From contig JBBIJR010000001.1 in assembly GCA_037445875.1 (NCBI GenBank), forward strand, positions 4,429 through 68,428: a stretch of DNA of 64,000 bases. The letters are read 5' to 3'. A program made the translations under genes and the position numbers. The stretch is from Bacteroidota bacterium. Its GTDB lineage: Bacteria > CLD3 > SB21. This document shows, in pieces, positions 38,897 through 47,569 of this stretch (position 1 is the stretch's first letter; each line of letters begins with the position of its first letter). The notes under the pieces were generated by a model that did no database searches, had not been told where the DNA came from, and saw nothing but the letters and a program-made list of their open reading frames with translations.

Positions 38897-41056
38897 ATGG
38901 ATGATACGGTAAAAATCGAACGCCTGGGTCGCTTCAAAGTTATCGGCACGCTGGGACAGGGCGCGATGGGCATCGTCTACAAGGCCGTGGACGAGGTCAT
39001 CGACCGCACCGTGGCCATCAAGACCCTGCGCCTCGGCCATGACCTGAGCGAAGCGCAGATCGCCGAGTTCAAGCACCGGTTTCGTCTGGAGGCGCAACTC
39101 GCAGGCAAATTATCGCACCCCAACGTGGTGACGATCTACGACGTAGGGGAAGCGGGGGACCTGTCGTACATCGCCATGGAATTCGTCGACGGCAAGACCC
39201 TCGAGTACCTGATCGCCCACCAGCCGCCCAACTGGGAATCGCTTCAATCCATCGAATTCATGATGGAGGTGATGCTGCAGACCTGCGACGGACTGAACTT
39301 CGCCCACGAGCAGAACGTCACCCATCGGGACATCAAGCCCGCTAACATCATCATCTCGAAGAACGGCCATGTCAAGATCATGGATTTCGGCATTGCGAAG
39401 ATCTCCTCTTCCACGGGAACGGCCGTTGGGACGATCATCGGCACGCCGGGGTACATGTCGCCCGAGCAGATCGCGGGGCGTACCGTGGACGAACGCAGCG
39501 ATATTTTCTCGCTGGGTACCGTGTTCTACGAGCTGCTGACCGGAAAAAAGGCCTTCACCGGCAACAACATCACCGAGGTCATGTACAAGGTGATGAACGA
39601 GAACCCGACGCCCGTGCAGGTCGTCAACCCGCTGATCCCGCCGGTCTTCGACAACATCATCAGCCGGAGCCTGCGGCGCAACGCGGACGAACGCTACCGC
39701 AGCGTGGACCTCATGGCGCGGGACATCCGGAAGATCAAGCAGACGATCCAGCTTTCACGAACGATCTACGTGGACGGCGACCTCGTCGGTCCGCACGACA
39801 CCGTGCCGTTCTTACAGCGGCTCGGCATCAAGGACCTGAGGAAAGTGATCCTCGGACTCTCTGCCTACGGACTGCTCATGACGGTGCTGATGGTCGTTGC
39901 GTTCTGGACGGGGGGCGGCCGGTTCGACCGCATTGCCCGCTCCCTGACCAGCGTGCAGCCCGCCTCGATGAGGCTCGCGGTCAACGTTCCCGATGCGGAG
40001 ATCTTTCTCGACGACACCCGCCTGGCCAATCGCGGCGGGGCCGTACGGCTCGACACGGTCACCGTGGGTGAACACAAGCTGACCATCCGGCGCGAGGGAT
40101 ACGAGACGTACCAGACCGCGCTGGTATTCGGTGTGGGAGAGTCCAAGGACGTGAACGCCACTCTCCTGCTGGCGCCCTCCGAGATTCCGGCCAACGTCGA
40201 CACTTCGTATCTTACCGTGACGAGCGATCCCCCGATGGGCCGCGTGGAAACCAGCACCGGCCGCTTCGTCGGTTACACCCCCTTCGAGGAGCACATGTTC
40301 CCGGGGGGCAAGTATACTCTGCTGATCCACCGCCCGGACCACTTTACCTCCAAACGGGACGTCTCGCTGCGGCGCAACCGTGTTTCGTCCATCGATGTCC
40401 GTCTCGAGAAACACAAGGGTACCGTCTCTCTTGATGGCCTCCAGCCCGCCGGCGCTTCGTTGTTCGTGCACAACCGTGCCTTGCCGCGCACGGGCCGAGG
40501 AAATGCGTACCGTATCAGCGTGGGGGAACAGGTAGTGACCGTGAAGGCGGACGGTTACGTGCCCCTGGAAAAGAAGCTCACGATCGTGCGGGACAGCACC
40601 ATCGTGCTCACGGATTCCCTCAGTCCGACGTTCGGGATGCTGTGGGTGAAGTCGAACCCATCCGGTGCGGAGGTCTTCTTGAACGGGACGGATCGGTCGG
40701 TCGGTCGGACACCGTTGCTGGCCGGCCCACTGGTGGCCCACGGGCACACGGTCAAACTCAGCCTGAGGAGTGAATCACGATCCAGGCAGGTGCGGGTAGT
40801 ACAAAACGATACGACGGAAGTGCTGGTCACTTTTTCGCGTCCGAACGGATACCTCGACGTCGTGACCGAACCGCCCGGCGCGACCCTCTTCATCAACACC
40901 ATCCGCGAGCGCGATTTCCAGTCGCCGGGTTTGCTGGAAATCAAGCCGGGGTGGTACAAGATCCGTCTCTCGCATCCTAACTATCGCAAGTTCTACGAAA
41001 CCACCGTGAAAGTTCGACCGGAACAGGTTGTCAAAATAATCCACCGGTTCGAATAG
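38897..41056 (+). CDS. Serine/threonine protein kinase with TM segment and C-terminal PEGA domains
   Basis: Hanks kinase motifs GTLGQGAMGIVYKA, VAIK, HRDIKPANI, DFGIA and GTPGYMSPE, then a TM helix, then repeated PEGA-like modules (..GYETYQTALV.., ..PDHFTSKRDVSL.., ..PNYRKFYETTVKV..). Confidence 0.8.
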   Translation: MDDTVKIERLGRFKVIGTLGQGAMGIVYKAVDEVIDRTVAIKTLRLGHDLSEAQIAEFKHRFRLEAQLAGKLSHPNVVTIYDVGEAGDLSYIAMEFVDGKTLEYLIAHQPPNWESLQSIEFMMEVMLQTCDGLNFAHEQNVTHRDIKPANIIISKNGHVKIMDFGIAKISSSTGTAVGTIIGTPGYMSPEQIAGRTVDERSDIFSLGTVFYELLTGKKAFTGNNITEVMYKVMNENPTPVQVVNPLIPPVFDNIISRSLRRNADERYRSVDLMARDIRKIKQTIQLSRTIYVDGDLVGPHDTVPFLQRLGIKDLRKVILGLSAYGLLMTVLMVVAFWTGGGRFDRIARSLTSVQPASMRLAVNVPDAEIFLDDTRLANRGGAVRLDTVTVGEHKLTIRREGYETYQTALVFGVGESKDVNATLLLAPSEIPANVDTSYLTVTSDPPMGRVETSTGRFVGYTPFEEHMFPGGKYTLLIHRPDHFTSKRDVSLRRNRVSSIDVRLEKHKGTVSLDGLQPAGASLFVHNRALPRTGRGNAYRISVGEQVVTVKADGYVPLEKKLTIVRDSTIVLTDSLSPTFGMLWVKSNPSGAEVFLNGTDRSVGRTPLLAGPLVAHGHTVKLSLRSESRSRQVRVVQNDTTEVLVTFSRPNGYLDVVTEPPGATLFINTIRERDFQSPGLLEIKPGWYKIRLSHPNYRKFYETTVKVRPEQVVKIIHRFE

Positions 41057-41077
41057 TCCCCTCGTCGAGGATTGGAG

Positions 41078-41518
41078 TCAATTCAGTCGGACGTCCACCT
41101 CGGCGTGCTCGACGGTGTAGCACGTGACACCCCCGCAGTAATCGTCCTCGTCCACCCCGATCCCATCCCCATCCACTGCGACCACCGTATCTCCGTCGGA
41201 ACGAATATACAGCGCAAGGACCGAGTAGTCCTGATCGGCGGGAAGGACATAGGTAGTGCCGGCCGTCGTCAACGTATCCATCAACACGAGGTCGCCGTTT
41301 TCAAAGTCGCCGCGGAAAACCCAGACCGGAACGGCCGGGTTGCGGCTGTTGATGCTCGAGCGAACGACCAACTGGCCCTCGGTCGGGCGGACATCCACGC
41401 AGTCGCCCGGAGCCGTTATGCAGTCCTCGTCACTCTGCCACCAGGATTCGCATCCGAAGAACACCGCAGCAGCAATCAACGCCGTCAGGACCCCCCCCTT
41501 CCATCTCCGATTCGTCAT
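41078..41518 (-). CDS. Hypothetical lipoprotein
   Basis: Signal peptide with lipobox (AAVFFGCESW); no recognisable family. Confidence 0.4.
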   Translation of the reverse strand: MTNRRWKGGVLTALIAAAVFFGCESWWQSDEDCITAPGDCVDVRPTEGQLVVRSSINSRNPAVPVWVFRGDFENGDLVLMDTLTTAGTTYVLPADQDYSVLALYIRSDGDTVVAVDGDGIGVDEDDYCGGVTCYTVEHAEVDVRLN

Positions 41519-42081
41519 AGCTGACCTCCGACCCCAACATAGACCCGATGGCCGTCCGATGTGCGAGCGTCGGAGTACTGATAGCCGAATCGCACGAACA
41601 CGTAGCGGCTGAATTTGTACGACAGGCCTCCCCGGACAAGCGGAGTGAGTCCCTCTTTCTTTTCGATCTTGTGGCCCAGGAATGTCCCTTCACCTGTGCC
41701 GCGGTAATCTACGAACGTCAGACCGGCGCCGGCCGTAAGAAAGACATCCCACCGGTTGTTGATCCAGAACTTCTTGTCAAGGCCTGCAGCCAGCAGGAAT
41801 CGGTATTCCTGCAGTTGAAAATAGAAGTGGCTGCCGGCCTGCACAAGCACGGCCCTGGCGTACGGCCGGGCGTGAAAGGTGCCGAACAGGCCGAGAAACC
41901 TCTCTCCGCTGATCGAGTAACGGTAGAAAGCGCCGATCGACACGTCGTGGTCGAGAAAAGGCACTTCCACCAGCGCGGAATGCCTGTGACGGCTCTCGTA
42001 CGTCATGGCCCCTCCGCGATCAAACTGTCCGAAGAGCATCGCCGGCTGCGTCAACGCAAGCAGTAACAACCATCTTTTCAT
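41515..42081 (-). CDS. Outer-membrane beta-barrel protein (OmpW/porin_2-like)
   Basis: Signal peptide MKRWLLLLALTQPAMLFGQ, alternating amphipathic strands, and a C-terminal aromatic-rich strand (YVGVGGQL). Confidence 0.45.
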   Translation of the reverse strand: MKRWLLLLALTQPAMLFGQFDRGGAMTYESRHRHSALVEVPFLDHDVSIGAFYRYSISGERFLGLFGTFHARPYARAVLVQAGSHFYFQLQEYRFLLAAGLDKKFWINNRWDVFLTAGAGLTFVDYRGTGEGTFLGHKIEKKEGLTPLVRGGLSYKFSRYVFVRFGYQYSDARTSDGHRVYVGVGGQL

Positions 42082-42156
42082 CGGAACTCCTGTTTCGTAC
42101 AAGGGCTCGGACGTTCGCTCGCCCTGTTATGGCCCATTCGTCCGGGGCGGCGGCAA

Positions 42157-43212
42157 CTATGCGACGGTAATGTCCTTGTCAAGATAGACGTCCTGGATGG
42201 TGTGGAGCAGTTTGGCTCCTTCCTGCATCGGACGCTGGAAGGCCTTGCGGCCGGAGATCAGCCCCATGCCGCCGGCCCGCTTGTTGATCACAGCCGTTTC
42301 CACCGCCTCCGCCAGGTCGCTCGCTCCCTTGGACTCGCCCCCGGAGTTGATCAATCCGGCCCGGCCCATGTAGCAGTTGGCCACCTGATACCGCGTAAGA
42401 TCGATCGGATGCTCGCTGGTCAACTCGGTGTACACTTTCTTGTGCGTCTTGCCGAATTTGAGGGCCTCGTATCCGCCGTTGTTGGTGGGCAACTTCTGCT
42501 TGATGATGTCCGCCTGGAACGTTACGCCGAGGTGATTGGCCTGGCCCGTCAGGTCGGCCGATGTATGATAGTCCTTCTCCGGTGTCTTGAAAGCGCTGTT
42601 GCGCGTATAGCACCAGAGGATCGTTACCATGCCGAGTTCATGAGCGTACGCAAACGCCTCGCTGATTTCCTGAATCTGGCGCGTGGACTCCGCGGAGCCA
42701 AAATACACGGTGGCCCCCACCGCGGCCGCTCCCATGTCCCACGCCTGCTTGACGGAACCGAACAGGATCTGGTCGTACCGGTTCGGGTAGGAGAGGAACT
42801 CGTTGTGATTGATCTTGACGATGAACGGTATCTTGTGGACGAATTTACGGGCGCACGCGCCCAGCACACCGAAGGTCGAAGCTACTGCATTGCAGCCGCC
42901 CTCGATGGCCAGTTTCACAATGTTCTCCGGATCAAAATAGATGGGATTGGGGGCAAACGACGCGCCGGCGGAGTGCTCGATGCCCTGGTCCACCGGCAGG
43001 ATGGACAGGTAGCCCGTCCCGGTCAGTCGGCCGGTGTTGAACAGTTGCTGCAGGTTTCGCAGGACCTGCGGATTGCGATCGCTGTCCTTCCAGATGCGGT
43101 CCACAAAATCCGGGCCCGGCAGGTGAAGCTGATCTTTGGAAATGCCTTTGCACTGATGCTTGAGCAAGAAATCGGCGCGTTCACCGATGAGGTCTTGAAG
43201 GGATTTCATCAT
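42157..43212 (-). CDS. fbaB: Class I fructose-bisphosphate aldolase (FbaB/DhnA family)
   Basis: Near-colinear similarity to E. coli FbaB recalled from memory ([31 protein letters not shown], ...[13 protein letters not shown]...DVYLD..IT.A). Confidence 0.85.
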   Translation of the reverse strand: MMKSLQDLIGERADFLLKHQCKGISKDQLHLPGPDFVDRIWKDSDRNPQVLRNLQQLFNTGRLTGTGYLSILPVDQGIEHSAGASFAPNPIYFDPENIVKLAIEGGCNAVASTFGVLGACARKFVHKIPFIVKINHNEFLSYPNRYDQILFGSVKQAWDMGAAAVGATVYFGSAESTRQIQEISEAFAYAHELGMVTILWCYTRNSAFKTPEKDYHTSADLTGQANHLGVTFQADIIKQKLPTNNGGYEALKFGKTHKKVYTELTSEHPIDLTRYQVANCYMGRAGLINSGGESKGASDLAEAVETAVINKRAGGMGLISGRKAFQRPMQEGAKLLHTIQDVYLDKDITVA

Positions 43213-43226
43213 GGCTGATTCTCCGG

Positions 43227-44504
43227 TTAAGGTTTAGCTTTTTCGCCTTCACGTAACAGACGCGCGGGTTGTTTCCGTTCGACAGCGACGGTGCCGACGC
43301 CGTCTGCGAATTCGATCGAGGCCGCCTCTCCAACGGTCAGCCGCTGCACGCTCGAAACCACCCGTCCGGCCTGCCGTGTGATCGTGTATCCGCGGCTCAG
43401 CGTGTTGTGCGGGTTGAGATTCTGCAGGTGCCGCGCCAGATTGGCGATGTGCTGTTGAGCGAGCCGGAACTCGTTGGCCACATGGAACTGCAGCCGCCGG
43501 TCCAGTTCGTCAGCCAACTGGCGGTACTGCGCGACGAGGTTCTCGGGTTGGCGGAACGCATAGTGGTTCTGGATTTCCCGGACCGCCCTGCGCAGGTCCC
43601 GGACATGTTCGACGGTTCCCTGCTTCAATCCGTCGCGCAGGTCGTTCAGCCGCTGTTTCACTTCGCTTCGGTCCGGCGCCACGAGCTCGGCCGCCGCGGA
43701 GGGCGTGGCGGCCCGCACGTCGGAAACGAAATCGGCGATCGTGAAGTCGACTTCGTGACCGACCGCGCTGATGACGGGGATGGAACAGGCGAAGATCGCC
43801 CGTGCGACTCTTTCTTCGTTGAACGCCCACAGATCTTCGAGCGATCCTCCACCCCGCCCCACGATTAACACGTCGGCCTGGCCCCAGCGTTCCATGTCGC
43901 GGATGGCTCCGACGATCTCGTCCGCGGCTCCCGGTCCCTGAACGTTGACCGGAGCGAGAACGATCCGAATCCCCGGCCACCGCCGGTGAATAACGCTGAC
44001 GATGTCGCGGATGGCCGCCCCCGTCGGCGACGTGACGACGCCCACCGTTCCGGGGAACTCGGGCACGGGTTGCTTGTGCGCAGGATCGAACAGGCCCTCG
44101 TCGTACAATTTCCGCTTCAGTTTCTCCAACGCCAGCTGGAGCGCTCCGATGCCCTGCGGTTGCAGGTCCTGGACCACGATCTGGTACACCCCGCCCTTTT
44201 CGTACACGGCCAACCGTCCCTTCACGATCACCTTGATGCCCTCACGGAAAACAACGCTGATCTTCTCGGCCTGCGACCGCCACAGGACGCAGCGGATCTG
44301 CGCTCCCTCGTCCTTCAACGTGAAATATGTATGACCGGATCGGTGAACGGAGAGATTGGAGATCTCACCTTCGACCACCAGAAGAGGAAGTCCTTCCTCG
44401 AGGAGGAACTTGATACGGCGGGTGATTTCCGTAACGGTAAAGACGTGCGGTTGGGGAGGAGAGGTGTCTTCGTTGCCGGTGAGAGAAAAGAGGTCCATCG
44501 TCAT
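43227..44504 (-). CDS. xseA: Exodeoxyribonuclease VII large subunit
   Basis: N-terminal OB-fold ([44 protein letters not shown]) and catalytic core ([12 protein letters not shown]...GRGGGS). Start chosen at MTMDLF. Confidence 0.85.
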   Translation of the reverse strand: MTMDLFSLTGNEDTSPPQPHVFTVTEITRRIKFLLEEGLPLLVVEGEISNLSVHRSGHTYFTLKDEGAQIRCVLWRSQAEKISVVFREGIKVIVKGRLAVYEKGGVYQIVVQDLQPQGIGALQLALEKLKRKLYDEGLFDPAHKQPVPEFPGTVGVVTSPTGAAIRDIVSVIHRRWPGIRIVLAPVNVQGPGAADEIVGAIRDMERWGQADVLIVGRGGGSLEDLWAFNEERVARAIFACSIPVISAVGHEVDFTIADFVSDVRAATPSAAAELVAPDRSEVKQRLNDLRDGLKQGTVEHVRDLRRAVREIQNHYAFRQPENLVAQYRQLADELDRRLQFHVANEFRLAQQHIANLARHLQNLNPHNTLSRGYTITRQAGRVVSSVQRLTVGEAASIEFADGVGTVAVERKQPARLLREGEKAKP

Positions 44505-44512
44505 GTCCGGCC

Positions 44513-45100
44513 TTACAGTTTCATGACCCAGGAACATCCTGCGAGTACATAGGCGCCGTTGATGTCCGAGCGGGAACTGCTGGCGAACGGAGAACCCATC
44601 AGGCCGAAGCCGATGTGCGGAGCCAGCAGCGAGCGCGATCCCACGGACGTACGGTAGGCAAGGAGGCCAAACACGCTGAGCGTCTTCAGCTTTCTGCTGT
44701 CCCTGAAGTAGATATTGCCGGATACGCCCAGGCTCCAGACCAGGCCCTGGCCGATCATGTCGGAATAGTGATTAAGCGTCGCCGCCCCGCCGATTCCGTG
44801 AATCCATTCCCTCGATGACGACCGGCCGATGGTGTCGTTCTTGAACGTCTCCCATCTCGAACTGTACCCACCGATCAGTGTGACCGTTTGGCGCGAGGTC
44901 TTTTGCTTTTTCGTGGTTACCTGAAATTCCCACAGCGGGCCCGTGAGGTTATTGAAACTCGTCATGAAACCGACGAACTGCGTCGTTTTGATCTTCGGTT
45001 TGTCCTTCCGCGTGGTGACTTTTCGCTGCGCTTCCGCCGCAGCCGGAGCCGCCCACGCCACGCACCATCCGATCACCAGCCAACGATGCAGCGGGTTCAT
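44513..45100 (-). CDS. Hypothetical outer-membrane beta-barrel protein
   Basis: Signal peptide (WLVIGWCVAWAAPAAAEAQ), alternating-hydrophobic strands, and a C-terminal aromatic residue. Confidence 0.4.
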   Translation of the reverse strand: MNPLHRWLVIGWCVAWAAPAAAEAQRKVTTRKDKPKIKTTQFVGFMTSFNNLTGPLWEFQVTTKKQKTSRQTVTLIGGYSSRWETFKNDTIGRSSSREWIHGIGGAATLNHYSDMIGQGLVWSLGVSGNIYFRDSRKLKTLSVFGLLAYRTSVGSRSLLAPHIGFGLMGSPFASSSRSDINGAYVLAGCSWVMKL

Positions 45101-45795
45101 GGATTGGTCTTTTCGTACTTCTTCAACTGATACCCGTCCGGCACCTCCAACCGGAATAGATCGTCCTTAATCTTTCCGTTCAATTTGAAGTCGGAAAATT
45201 CCCAGATCGTGGCATCGCCGTCGGATTCCTGCAGTTCTGCGCCGTACGGCAGCCAGAGATCGTCACGGATGAGCACGATGATCTTTTCCAGTTTGCCGTG
45301 CAACGGTGTGTTTTTCAGCGGCGTCAACTCCATGCGGTAGGAGCCGAATTTCTTGTCGGATGTCCGCGGGTCTACCTGTACATCGAAGAGGGTCTCCAGT
45401 TGATCGGCCGAATTGCCAAAACCCATCATGTAGTGCGAAACGTTGAGTTCCGATTCGCCCGTGGTCGTGACCGTTTTGTTCTTATGGTTGACGATCCAGA
45501 CCTGTTGGTCGTTGATGATGTACTCGTTCTCGTCGGACGAACTCGGATCCAGCCGGTATTTTCCCGGTTTCACGTAGTAAAAGCGGGCGCGGGTCACGAC
45601 TTCCTTTTCCATGAACGAAGAGATCTTCCTCTGTTTCATCCGTGCCTGAAGCGTCGTGAGCGCCTCGTTCGCGCTTTTCATGTTCGCCAATACGGTCTTC
45701 TTTTCTTCGTCGCCCGGTTTGGAAAACGCCACACCGGCGAGAAGAAGAGCGCAAAGGATCCAGGAGAGAACGGGCAGGAAACGCGAGGTAACCAT
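45097..45795 (-). CDS. LolA-like outer-membrane lipoprotein-sorting protein
   Basis: Signal peptide MVTSRFLPVLSWILCALLLAGVAFS, then a LolA-fold-like ~200-aa body. Start chosen at ATG 45795; the ORF-track N-terminal extension is not protein-like. Confidence 0.55.
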   Translation of the reverse strand: MVTSRFLPVLSWILCALLLAGVAFSKPGDEEKKTVLANMKSANEALTTLQARMKQRKISSFMEKEVVTRARFYYVKPGKYRLDPSSSDENEYIINDQQVWIVNHKNKTVTTTGESELNVSHYMMGFGNSADQLETLFDVQVDPRTSDKKFGSYRMELTPLKNTPLHGKLEKIIVLIRDDLWLPYGAELQESDGDATIWEFSDFKLNGKIKDDLFRLEVPDGYQLKKYEKTNP

Positions 45796-45954
45796 GATCG
45801 GTTCTTTCAGCTTTCGATGATGTTTTGCAAGGCATGAATACCTTCGGACGTGTTCGGGTAACCTTGCGGGGGGAAGATACCCAATTTGGTTTTTTGACGC
45901 AACGAATAATGTCGCCCCCGTTGAATTGTTTCCCGATTCGCCGTATCTTCGCGC

Positions 45955-46425
45955 ATGAAACCGACCGTGAAGATCCAACCCGACACATTTGCCCCCCTTC
46001 CCAAACACGTGGCGGAAGGCCTGCGTACGCGCATTGCCCATCATCAGACCCAGGGGATCTTCGGCTTCCGCATCGAGGACGTGCGGGAACAGTTCTGCCT
46101 GATGGTGCTCCCCTATCGGGAGGAGATCACCAACGGCGTCCGCAGCCGCGGCACGGTGCACGGCGGCATCGTCGCTTCGCTGGCGGACACGGCGGCCGCC
46201 ATTGCCCTGGCCACCTGTTTCGAGGGACAGATGAGCTTTGCCACCGTGGACCTGCACGTCACGTACGTCGCTCGTGCACAGTCATCGCTGTACGCGTACG
46301 CCCGCGTTATCCGCAAGGGCTCTCGCATCAATGTCTGCGACGTGGAGATCGCCGATGAGTCCGGCCAGCTCGTGGCCAAAGCGATCGTCAATTTCATCCT
46401 CACCAAAGCCGTCGAACCGAAGTGA
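45955..46425 (+). CDS. PaaI/MenI-family hotdog-fold acyl-CoA thioesterase
   Basis: GTVHGGIVASLADTAAAIAL motif of the PaaI thioesterase family. Confidence 0.75.
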   Translation: MKPTVKIQPDTFAPLPKHVAEGLRTRIAHHQTQGIFGFRIEDVREQFCLMVLPYREEITNGVRSRGTVHGGIVASLADTAAAIALATCFEGQMSFATVDLHVTYVARAQSSLYAYARVIRKGSRINVCDVEIADESGQLVAKAIVNFILTKAVEPK

Positions 46426-46474
46426 AAGTCTGTCGGTGAAGAATTCCCTCTGGGCCCCTCCCAGGGCCTGGTTC

Positions 46475-47446
46475 ATGATATTTCGCATCCTTGCCGTGGT
46501 CGTCTGGTCCGTGATGACGGTCACCGTGAGCACCGCCGCCGCCTTTCTCGAAAGCGGCCGGCTGGACTGGCTGAACTATCTTCTGACCCTGGCCATCGCC
46601 TCGACGGTGCAGGGGTTCCCCGCTCACATCGTGAACGAGATCATGGACTGGCAGACCGGGGCCGACCGCTTCAGGAAACTCGGAGAAAAATCGGGCGGCA
46701 GCAAGGTGCTCAAGGCGGGCCTGGCCACGGTGCCTCAACTGTGGTGGATGTTCGGGGTTACGTCGCTGATCGGTTTCCTGCTGATCGCACTGCTGTACTT
46801 CCGGACGGGTCCGGCGGTGATAGTTTTTTTTGCCGTCGGATATTTTGTGAGTTTGTTTTATACCTTGCCTCCTTTCCGTTTCTCTTACCGGCCGTTCGCC
46901 GGTGAGTGGCTCGGCGGATTCCCCGGCGTTGTGCTCACTATCACGGGGACGTATTATGTGCAGACCGGCCGTATTTCCGCGCGGGCGCTGTTTCTCGCTG
47001 TCTGGATCGGCCTCGTATACGTATCGATCATGGTCCTTTTTCACTATCTTGACTACGAAGGCGACCGGCAAGCCAGACCGATGAAACGCACCACGATTGT
47101 CTTTCTCGGTCTGCGGCGGAGCAAGCGGTACGTCCTGGCTCTTCTCCTTCTCGCGGGCGTCCTGTCGACGGCTCAGGCGTGGAAATCGCCGCCGCTCTAC
47201 TGGCTGATGCCCTTGTCGGTTGCGGTCTATGGGATCATCCACCTTCGATGCGACCCGTCCTCTGCGGAATCGGTTGTGCGACAGGGACGCCTGTTGACCT
47301 ACGCCGTCATGGCCTTCTCGTTGGCCTTTTCCGTGACGGCCGAACCGCGGCTCGCCGTGGCCGGACTGATGACCCTGGCGGCGTTCTATTTGCACAAGAA
47401 GTTTGGTAAACTCCGGAGCCTTAAACCGGCAAAGGAACCTTCGTGA
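46475..47446 (+). CDS. UbiA-superfamily prenyltransferase-like membrane protein (atypical first Asp-rich motif)
   Basis: Eight or nine TM helices. The second motif YLDYEGDRQA (DxxxD) is present. The first motif is NEIMDWQTGAD rather than the canonical NDxxDxxxD. Its 3' 108 nt are duplicated at 50478-50585. Confidence 0.7.
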   Translation: MIFRILAVVVWSVMTVTVSTAAAFLESGRLDWLNYLLTLAIASTVQGFPAHIVNEIMDWQTGADRFRKLGEKSGGSKVLKAGLATVPQLWWMFGVTSLIGFLLIALLYFRTGPAVIVFFAVGYFVSLFYTLPPFRFSYRPFAGEWLGGFPGVVLTITGTYYVQTGRISARALFLAVWIGLVYVSIMVLFHYLDYEGDRQARPMKRTTIVFLGLRRSKRYVLALLLLAGVLSTAQAWKSPPLYWLMPLSVAVYGIIHLRCDPSSAESVVRQGRLLTYAVMAFSLAFSVTAEPRLAVAGLMTLAAFYLHKKFGKLRSLKPAKEPS

Positions 47447-47491
47447 AATTCGAATACTCCGAGTGGCAGGCGGATCTCATCAAGCAGAACA
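47339..47491. repeat. Direct repeat copy 1 (153 bp, ~97% identical to 50478..50630)
   Basis: Aligned by eye: gccgaaccgcggctcgccgtggccgga...aaaggaaccttcgtgaaattcgaatactccgagtggc.ggcggatctcatcaagcagaaca, with 5 mismatches over 153 bp. It spans the UbiA gene 3' end plus the first ~48 nt of a vWA-gene CDS. Confidence 0.8.
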
Positions 47492-47548
47492 ATTCGGCGA
47501 TCCGCCCTCCCCTATCGACTTGATGGCAACGATCAGCGGGTTGGACGG
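47449..47548 (+). pseudogene. Relic of a vWA-domain gene: the first 14 codons of the 50582 gene joined out of frame to a diverged internal segment
   Basis: 47449-47491 matches 50582-50630 (VKFEYSEWQADLIKQN). 47492-47540 then matches 50969-51020 at ~83% (caattcggcgatcc...gatggc.acgatcagc). The intervening 338 nt are missing, which is not a multiple of 3, and a stop follows. Confidence 0.55.
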
Positions 47549-47569
47549 GTTCCCGCTTGTTAGGACCGT

